Source: Bdellovibrionales bacterium (GTDB taxonomy: Bacteria; Bdellovibrionota; Bdellovibrionia; Bdellovibrionales; UBA1609). Taken from it: DNA of 64,000 nt. Below, one piece after another: positions 20,903-27,636 of this stretch. The translations under genes and the position numbers were made by a program. The stretch is taken from NCBI GenBank assembly GCA_027317865.1, contig DAHVQG010000007.1:58887-122886 (forward strand), written 5' to 3'. Positions within the stretch are counted from its first letter, which is position 1. The number at the start of each line of letters is the position of its first letter. Below the pieces are notes generated by a model. It had not been told where the DNA came from, did no database searches, and saw only the letters and a list, made by a program, of their open reading frames with translations.

Positions 20903-21652
20903 TTGAAAATCGTAAAACGGGTCGACTCAATGATGCACAAAATTCTCGCGGTTGCGGCACTGGTTGCAACCGTAGTATTTGCCGGCGGCTGCGCCTATCA
21001 GTATCGCACGTCGACGCCGCAAATTTCGTCGTCCAATTTGGCGAGCCTCTACGATTGCATTCTCGCCCAAAGTTGTAGCACTTCGAATACGGGCACAAAT
21101 TCTTCGACTGGATCTTCGTCAACGACAGTCAACCCGACGGGTGCAACCTCGAGTACTCAAGGGCTTTTAAATCAAGACCAAACCGCACTCGCATTTTATG
21201 CTGAAAGTGACTCCTCACGGCCGGTGTGGAGCGTGCTCGCTTTTAACGACATGGGCCTTTTATCTTCGCAATGGTCGTCAAGTTCTGGGATGCCCCAACC
21301 GGTTTTCGCTGAAAGTTCTGGTCTACAGCACGTCGACGTCATTTTTGTCGATGGATACAATATTGATAGTTCGGGCAACCCCATTCGCAGTTTTGAGCTA
21401 CTTATGAAATTTATCGATAGCCAGGGTAACATTACGTATTCAGTTTGGGATAGCATCCCTGGGACGACGAGCTTTTCAAACGGACTTTTTGACGTCGAAA
21501 TGAATCCGGTTCAAGGGACGGGACAACAACTTTGGCTGCAGTCTAGTGATATTAACTCTAGTCAAGAGTTTAATGCGTCCATACAACTTCAAGTTTTCGA
21601 CGCTAATGGTAACCCAGCCGGTCAAATCTCAACAATGACGGGCTTCGAATAA
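20903..21652 (+). CDS. Lipoprotein of unknown function
   Basis: Lipobox AGGC; S/T-rich linker; GAGGTG SD. Confidence 0.78.
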   Translation: MKIVKRVDSMMHKILAVAALVATVVFAGGCAYQYRTSTPQISSSNLASLYDCILAQSCSTSNTGTNSSTGSSSTTVNPTGATSSTQGLLNQDQTALAFYAESDSSRPVWSVLAFNDMGLLSSQWSSSSGMPQPVFAESSGLQHVDVIFVDGYNIDSSGNPIRSFELLMKFIDSQGNITYSVWDSIPGTTSFSNGLFDVEMNPVQGTGQQLWLQSSDINSSQEFNASIQLQVFDANGNPAGQISTMTGFE

Positions 21653-21860
21653 ATCTAATTCTTGATCCGTAATCGCGGACGCCGGAATTAACTGATTATT
21701 GACTTGATTGCGTCAAATTAAACTGGACTCTTCACAAAAGGTCGATCTTCATGTTTAATAATAATGCCTCAGTAAATAACATCAATTTAATCTCATATTT
21801 ATTTGAAGGTGCAAACTGCGCAAGGTGTGTGCTATTTTGCCAATTCGTTTATAGGAGGGT

Positions 21861-22745
21861 GTGATGTTGACCCATTGGGTGGATTTTTTCGACGAACTTC
21901 AAAATGTGCGGGGGCGGTCTCCAAATACCGTGATGGCCTATCGTCGCGATCTCGAACTCTATGAGGAATTTTTGAAGTCGCGCAAAAAAATCGAATTGTT
22001 CTATGAATTTTTAGGTAAAAAGAATTTGGGTGTGCGCTCGCAGGCGCGGGTGATTTCGAGCGTGCGGACGTATCTCAAATTTTGCGAACGTCACGGCGAA
22101 AAGGCCCCACACCTTCGCCAATTGCGGCTGCCAAAAGTGCGCGTGTCTTTGCCGAAGCCAACGACATTTGCAGAGTTTGAAAAACTGTATCGCGCGTGTG
22201 ACGGTAGTGATGCTTACACAACGGCCCGCAATCGAGTCGCATTGCTGCTTCTTTTCGGTGTCGGTTGCCGCGTCAGTGAATTGATTGCACTCGATGTTTC
22301 AGACTTCAACGTGACTGAAGGATGGCTTAAAGTTTTAGGCAAAGGCAACAAAGAACGTTTGGTGCCGCTAACCAAATTCTTGCAAGACGAGCTTGAGAGT
22401 TATTTGCGCAAAGCCCGCGCCAAACTTTTGCGTAAGCCGAAAACCCGCTCCATAATCGTGAACGATCGTGGACATCGGCCGAGTCGCGTCGACATATGGC
22501 GCTGGTTTCGAATGTGGTCGAATGCGGCCGGGTTATCCAAAACCATTAGTCCGCATAAGCTCCGTCATGGATGCGCGACTTCACTCCTCGAAGGTGGAGC
22601 GGATTTGCGATCGATTCAAATGTTGCTTGGCCACGCGAGCATTCAAACCACGCGCATTTACACGAATGTCTCAGTTAAAAAAGTCCGTGATGAAATTGAT
22701 AAGTACCACCCACTTTCCGGATTGCGGATAGACTCGGATACATAA
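21861..22745 (+). CDS. xerD: XerD-like chromosomal tyrosine recombinase
   Basis: GCRVSEL, GKGNKER, HKLRH, GADLRSIQMLLGH, TRIY; xerC versus xerD not certain. Confidence 0.75.
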   Translation: MMLTHWVDFFDELQNVRGRSPNTVMAYRRDLELYEEFLKSRKKIELFYEFLGKKNLGVRSQARVISSVRTYLKFCERHGEKAPHLRQLRLPKVRVSLPKPTTFAEFEKLYRACDGSDAYTTARNRVALLLLFGVGCRVSELIALDVSDFNVTEGWLKVLGKGNKERLVPLTKFLQDELESYLRKARAKLLRKPKTRSIIVNDRGHRPSRVDIWRWFRMWSNAAGLSKTISPHKLRHGCATSLLEGGADLRSIQMLLGHASIQTTRIYTNVSVKKVRDEIDKYHPLSGLRIDSDT

Positions 22746-22780
22746 ACCGCTATTTTCGCGTACGGTGATACCCTCCGGTC

Positions 22781-22796
22781 TGGCAAGTTGTTTGCT
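22781..22796 (+). promoter_or_regulatory. Putative sigma54 promoter of comM
   Basis: TGGCAAG-TTGT-TTGCT, 14 nt before the ATG. Confidence 0.5.
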
Positions 22797-22810
22797 TATG
22801 TAACTCGGGC

Positions 22811-24313
22811 ATGAGCTTTTATTCGTTTTACCGCAAGGGTCTTGATTTAGAACCCATAGAAATTGAAGTTACATTGTTGCCGGGTGTTCCGGCCTTTCAT
22901 GTGACCGGCCTTCCGGATGTCGCGACCAAAGAAAGCGTCATGCGAATCAAGGCCGCGCTTCGTCACCAGGGGTTTCAACTCCCCAAGCGCGATCAAGTGC
23001 TTTTTAATTTGCGGCCGAACCATGAGCGTAAAACGAGTCAAGGGCTTGATCTCGCTATGGCCGCTGCATACCTGTGGGAGACGAGTCAAATTCCCGAATT
23101 TGCGGGATGCGTTCAACATTCATCGTTCGGAACAGTAAAAGATTCGCGATTATTCTTATATGGCGAACTGGCGCTCGATGGCCAGGTCACAATGCCTGAC
23201 GATTTGGACTTACTCGAATCTATGCGGCCGAACGACTATCTTGTTACCGGTGAGGGCGATTGTGCGTTGGCGAGAGGGGTAGTTCGCGATTTGCGTTCAT
23301 TGCAGTCAATTGAGTGGCGAGAAGGTCAGTTTAACCCGCCTGATCTCGAAGTCGACCGGCAATTCGACCATCTCAGTTTTTGCAGAAGTGCTGCCGACAT
23401 TTTAGCGATTATAGCGGCGGGTGAACATAATTTATTTATCGCCGGGCCGGCTGGGTCCGGCAAAACTACTTTTGCGCGGATTTTGCACACTTGTTTGCGG
23501 GTGCCGACCGATTCGGAGTGGAGGCGAATAGAAAAAATCGAAAAAATTGCCGGCCGTACGGTATCGTCTGCAACAAGTAATTGTGAGCGGTTACTCAAAT
23601 CACGTTCGCGGCCTTTTGTTTCTCCGCACCATTCAGCCAGCGAAATCGCCATACTCGGTGGAGGCGTACCGGCATGTGCCGGTGAAATTACCCGTGCTCA
23701 ACACGGGGTCTTGTTGCTCGATGAGTTTTTAGAATTTGAACCGTCGGTCGTTGAGTCATTGCGAGAACCGATCGAGCGTCATGAAATCACATTGCTGCGC
23801 AAAGGAGTGAAAGTGACCTTTCCAGCTGACTTCCTTCTAGTGGCGACGACGAATTTGTGCCCATGCGGCGATTTTGTACCTGGCGACGTGCGAAAGTGCT
23901 CATACAGTCAGACACGTTGCCGCTCATTTTATCAAAAATTAACCGGACCACTCCTTGATCGTTTCGAAGCGGTTTGTTTTACGCAGCAGTGGACGCATCA
24001 GCAAGATGAAGATGTCGCGCAAGTGCGCGAACGCGTGCGCGAAGCGCAATGTTTTGCACGTAAGACGCGCGGGCAAACAATTATGAATTCGCGTTTGGAG
24101 CTTGAAGCGCTTGAGGCAATGGTTCCGCCATTTGTTATGAACAACATGTTGCCTGAAATTCCGCCGTCGCGCCGCCGCCGTCTGGCTCTATTGCGTGTGG
24201 CCCGAACAATTGCCGATTTAGATAGCAGTCCGGACATCTGTACGGAGCATCTTCACGCTGCGGGTCAGTTGACATTGCGGCCGTTTCACGAATTTCGACA
24301 CGCATTTATTTGA
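22811..24313 (+). CDS. comM: YifB/ComM Mg-chelatase-like AAA+ ATPase
   Basis: GLPD..KES, GELALDG, GPAGSGKT, PHHS, LLDE, NLCPCG, GPLLDR. Confidence 0.88.
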   Translation: MSFYSFYRKGLDLEPIEIEVTLLPGVPAFHVTGLPDVATKESVMRIKAALRHQGFQLPKRDQVLFNLRPNHERKTSQGLDLAMAAAYLWETSQIPEFAGCVQHSSFGTVKDSRLFLYGELALDGQVTMPDDLDLLESMRPNDYLVTGEGDCALARGVVRDLRSLQSIEWREGQFNPPDLEVDRQFDHLSFCRSAADILAIIAAGEHNLFIAGPAGSGKTTFARILHTCLRVPTDSEWRRIEKIEKIAGRTVSSATSNCERLLKSRSRPFVSPHHSASEIAILGGGVPACAGEITRAQHGVLLLDEFLEFEPSVVESLREPIERHEITLLRKGVKVTFPADFLLVATTNLCPCGDFVPGDVRKCSYSQTRCRSFYQKLTGPLLDRFEAVCFTQQWTHQQDEDVAQVRERVREAQCFARKTRGQTIMNSRLELEALEAMVPPFVMNNMLPEIPPSRRRRLALLRVARTIADLDSSPDICTEHLHAAGQLTLRPFHEFRHAFI

Positions 24314-24399
24314 TTCGTTGACCGGCGACCCCCATTTTTGCGATAAGTAGAAGTTCAAACGCAATGAGAATTACTGCGTGATCCTTATGCGTAGTTAAA

Positions 24400-24473
24400 G
24401 GTGGCGTAGCCAAGTGGTTAGGCATCGGTCTGCAAAACCGAGTACGGCGGTTCAATTCCGCCCGCCACCTCCA
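24400..24473 (+). tRNA. tRNA-Cys (anticodon GCA)
   Basis: GGTGGCG/CGCCACC acceptor stem, TCGGT-CTGCAAA-ACCGA anticodon arm, GGCGG-TTCAATT-CCGCC T arm, U73, encoded CCA. Confidence 0.97.
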
Positions 24474-24475
24474 AA
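24462..24475 (+). repeat. attL core (tRNA 3' end)
   Basis: CCGCCACCTCCAAA identical to 39526-39539. Confidence 0.9.
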
Positions 24476-24479
24476 AGAA

Positions 24480-24500
24480 CGCGTCGGAAGTTCCGATGCG
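24480..24500 (-). terminator. Hairpin after the tRNA; possible minus-strand terminator
   Basis: CGCGTCGGA-AGT-TCCGATGCG; followed by TTCTTTT on the minus strand. Confidence 0.45.
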
Positions 24501-24581
24501 CAAAAAGTAAGCAAAGAATAAATATAAGTAATAATTTTAAACAGTTGGCGAGAAGGCGGTCTCTGTGGTCATTTTTCGATT

Positions 24582-24652
24582 ATCACGCAAAATAACGCGA
24601 AATAACTCGATTTGCGGCATTCGCGTAGTTTTTGAGCGTAGTTGGCGGAGTG
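24582..24652 (+). repeat. Putative integrase arm-type and Xis binding repeats
   Basis: AATAACGCGA/AATAACTCGA tandem (24591-24610); GCGTAGTT at 24623 and 24636; CCGTAGTT at 39471 near attR. Confidence 0.5.
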
Positions 24653-24775
24653 TGTACTACAAGTTTTGGTGCTGTTTGGTGTGCTTAGTGGATTTTGTAT
24701 CTTTGTGCTATGGCGAAGAAGCCGCAGAACTATTGCAGAGTTTAAAAAAAGTGACGACGAAATAATTTTAAAAAT

Positions 24776-25303
24776 CTAATCGGATACGAAAACAGTCGAT
24801 GATGGCCCGTGCCAAGTAACCTGCCAGCGCGACAAAATATCTCGACCAATGAGCACGCCAAAGTTTTGATGCACCATTGGGTTTTGAATTGCGGCATTTA
24901 AATTGAAGCTCGGAATATGAATCGAAGAAATTTGCAAGTTTTGAATGCCCTTCAATGGTGTGTTGATAAATGCTGCGTCAACGACATAAAAATTTGATTC
25001 GCGAAAACCATTTGCTGTCGCATTGCGACCTTTGCCAACGGAAATCAATCCCAAATGTGTCGCAAGGGATTCGTCGATTGCTGTAGAGCTTGCTCCGGTG
25101 TCCAAATGTGCCATCACGGGAATTGCTCGACGTGGCACGGGATTTTTACTTGCGACAAATGCGGTGGCCGTTGAAACTTCAAGCAAAAAATTTAGGCCAA
25201 GTAATTGTAGGGGCATTTGCGATATATGGTGCGCGACCGCTGTGCCAGGCGGAGGAGGTGGTATAATATTAACGCCAAAATTGAAGGTATGAAAGTGCGC
25301 CAT
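24776..25303 (-). CDS. Retropepsin-like (clan AA) aspartyl protease
   Basis: HLDTGAS catalytic motif and LIGRDIL C-terminal motif. Confidence 0.88.
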   Translation of the reverse strand: MAHFHTFNFGVNIIPPPPPGTAVAHHISQMPLQLLGLNFLLEVSTATAFVASKNPVPRRAIPVMAHLDTGASSTAIDESLATHLGLISVGKGRNATANGFRESNFYVVDAAFINTPLKGIQNLQISSIHIPSFNLNAAIQNPMVHQNFGVLIGRDILSRWQVTWHGPSSTVFVSD

Positions 25304-25310
25304 TATCTGC

Positions 25311-25556
25311 CTAGACAGCTGAGCGCAGGTAATTTATTTGTTCGTTTTCAGCAAGGACTTGCTGGATAATGAACTGACCAGGTTGAAAATTTGCGGCAGC
25401 AAATTCAATTGCTTGTGCAAATTGGTCGTAGACGCCCTTCACTTTTTCGTCATGTATCACAACGAATTTGTGTTTGTAAGCTGGGTCGTTAAGCCATCCC
25501 GATAGATGAGATTGAAAGTAATTAAAATTTCTGTCTTTTGAAGGATCGTTTGCCAT
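25311..25556 (-). CDS. Small DUF5678-like protein, co-transcribed with the protease
   Basis: NFNYF...KFVVIHDEKVKGVY...AIEFA pattern; AAGGTGG SD; 7-nt gap to the protease gene. Confidence 0.65.
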   Translation of the reverse strand: MANDPSKDRNFNYFQSHLSGWLNDPAYKHKFVVIHDEKVKGVYDQFAQAIEFAAANFQPGQFIIQQVLAENEQINYLRSAV

Positions 25557-25627
25557 ACCACCTTATTATCACACATTTTCTTGCCTAGCCAACATGAGAA
25601 AAGTTCCGGCGTTTCATTTTGCGACAA

Positions 25628-25990
25628 TTAAGGTCTAAGGCCTAAAACAGCGCAGCAAAGCGCCAATGGCCCGCTCGACTCGGTAGCCTCTGATAAAGGA
25701 TTCCCTTCACGATCATAAATCGTAAATTTTACGTTATAACTTGTTTCAGATTGCCATTTCATGAGTACCCGATAGCCAATCTTTCTATGAATCAGACGCT
25801 CAATCAATATATGCTCTGAATTAAAATCTGTTGAGAATTTGGGCAGCGGATCAACTCGCGCGCCGTCTGGCTTTTTCCACCCTCCATACATACGTGGCGA
25901 AATTTCATTTAAGTTTGGCTTCATGGGTTCGGGGGGCCAGCCAAGAAAATCATTGGCGACTTTCTCATCTAATTCTTTGCTAGGATTCAT
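25628..25990 (-). CDS. Phage ABA-sandwich (BC1872-like) protein
   Basis: ELDEKVA..LGW, PKFSTD, PLALCCAVL pattern; GAGGT SD before ATG 25990. Confidence 0.65.
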   Translation of the reverse strand: MNPSKELDEKVANDFLGWPPEPMKPNLNEISPRMYGGWKKPDGARVDPLPKFSTDFNSEHILIERLIHRKIGYRVLMKWQSETSYNVKFTIYDREGNPLSEATESSGPLALCCAVLGLRP

Positions 25991-26338
25991 GCTGGCGACC
26001 TCACATAATGACAAACTTAGTCGGTTATAATTGGGATGTTTTCCGCACTTGGAGATAGCACTCTACATGGTAATGCGAAGCTGGGCGAGAATATAATTTT
26101 TGGTTACACAGGCGGCATTGATATCGTGGATCGTGAAATGGGCAACGCGAGAAATACTTCGCGTTGTTGCGGCGTTATGGCGATGAGTTCGTACAGGTAT
26201 GGAGAATTCACGTTCATGCAAAACGTGACAAAATGCGTCCCTCCTCGGGAAGTTAGACATTTTTATAAAACGTCCAAAGCTTAGACGGTTTTGGATTTTT
26301 ACGAAGCAAATTGAAGACTTGGTGTCGACGTAACGGGT

Positions 26339-26354
26339 CGGCACGTGGTTTGTA
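26339..26354 (+). promoter_or_regulatory. Putative sigma54 promoter (copy 2)
   Basis: CGGCACG-TGGT-TTGTA. Confidence 0.55.
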
Positions 26355-26422
26355 CAGGTTAAAGGTATGGGAGACCCGCAATTTGAGGAAGAAATAGGCG
26401 GGTCGCCCTAAGCGAGGGCGTT

Positions 26423-27403
26423 ATGAAAGAACAAAGCCGAAAGACGCTGAGCTTAAAGCTAGCGGGATTCGCGGTTGTCGCATTAGCGATTGCTAGCCTT
26501 GCGGCATTTACGACAGCTTGTTCAAAAAGTGTGGGGGGCGCGAATAATAGCAATAATAATGGAGCCGCCGATCCTACCTCGCCGACGTCAACGACTGTAG
26601 TCGTACCGACGCAAACGGTTTTGGACGGAACCGGCGGGGCTCAAGCTCCGTTAACTTTGAACAGCCTAACGGCACTTAATGAGTACCTAGTAGGTGGGAG
26701 CGCGGCGAATCTAGATGCCGTAAGCGCAGCCGTCGGCGTGAACCTTGTGAAACTGGCCACACTCAGCAACGGTGCGGGCGGTTATGACTACGAATTTGGC
26801 GGAGCCGTTACCATTGCATTTACCGGCATCGACGGCGGCGGCCCTACGTATGTTGAAGATTACAACTCACACATGCAGGGTAATCCGAACACCGTTAATT
26901 CAGATGTACAAAACAATGAATATAATTTGGTTTCCGTGCAATATCCGGCTTCAGGTTCATATCCAGGTCAATTGCCGGCCTATCATGGATTTTTTCAGAG
27001 CCTCACCTACTGCATAATGGGTAATGGCTCATCTACATATGCCTTGTCTCCCGGTCAACCATGTGACGGCGAAATGGTCGGCAGCGCGGTTATTCTCGTC
27101 ATGGACCAAATGGGATTTAACGCAGACGGCGAGGGTGCTACGACAGCAAGCGGCTCCGTATGGTTTTACAATTTCACGACGGGTAACGGTGCCGCACCAT
27201 TGCCCGACACGAGTTGCTGGTTTAGCACGCTCGTCCCCTATCAATGCGGTTCATTCTTCAACGGCGGTGATTCGATCCAAACGAAGAGTTCGCTCTACCC
27301 GACAGTAACGTATCTTCCCGATGGCTCAACAGTCACTTACACGGAACTTGGCACATTCACCGGCATGAATTTAAACGAAGCTTTGAACGGACAACTGCCA
27401 TGA
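26423..27403 (+). CDS. Lipoprotein, paralog or xenolog of 19277..20251
   Basis: Same lipobox FTTAC and long identical blocks such as GVNLVKLATLSNGAGGYDYEFGGAVTIAFT. Confidence 0.9.
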   Translation: MKEQSRKTLSLKLAGFAVVALAIASLAAFTTACSKSVGGANNSNNNGAADPTSPTSTTVVVPTQTVLDGTGGAQAPLTLNSLTALNEYLVGGSAANLDAVSAAVGVNLVKLATLSNGAGGYDYEFGGAVTIAFTGIDGGGPTYVEDYNSHMQGNPNTVNSDVQNNEYNLVSVQYPASGSYPGQLPAYHGFFQSLTYCIMGNGSSTYALSPGQPCDGEMVGSAVILVMDQMGFNADGEGATTASGSVWFYNFTTGNGAAPLPDTSCWFSTLVPYQCGSFFNGGDSIQTKSSLYPTVTYLPDGSTVTYTELGTFTGMNLNEALNGQLP

Positions 27404-27431
27404 ATGAAGAGCGAAACTTAACCTAAGTACG

Positions 27432-27461
27432 GTGGGGCATAAAATAAAAATTATGTATATG
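27432..27461 (+). other. dif/cer-like Xer site candidate
   Basis: GTGGGGCATAA-AATAAAAA-TTATGTATATG versus E. coli dif GGTGCGCATAA-N6-TTATGTTAAAT; 8-bp spacer as in cer. Confidence 0.35.
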
Positions 27462-27636
27462 ATCTCGGCTAATGCCGAAATTGCCCAATTTTAATTGAGG
27501 ATTAATACGATTCAATATGCACTCACGAATTTGTTATTCCCGCGGATTAGCGTGTTTCTGCGTTCTGTACTAGACAAACAAATAGATTTTAGGTTGTTTA
27601 GAAAATCTTCAGGTATACCGAAAATATCAGGTCTCT

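Larger units (their letters stand above)
26225..27403 (+). repeat. Copy 2 of the promoter plus lipoprotein repeat, inside the element
   Basis: Alignable with 19078-20251. Confidence 0.95.

Noticed and set aside
21861..22745. Tyrosine recombinase as the island integrase
   Set aside because: It lies outside the att repeats and has XerD-like motifs; a dedicated integrase abuts attR
24306..24765. ORFs 24306..24503 and 24565..24765
   Set aside because: They overlap the tRNA and att-arm region and show no coding features
19277..27403. Duplicated lipoprotein as a DGR template/variable repeat pair
   Set aside because: Differences are not adenine-specific, include indels, span the whole gene, and there is no reverse transcriptase in the window
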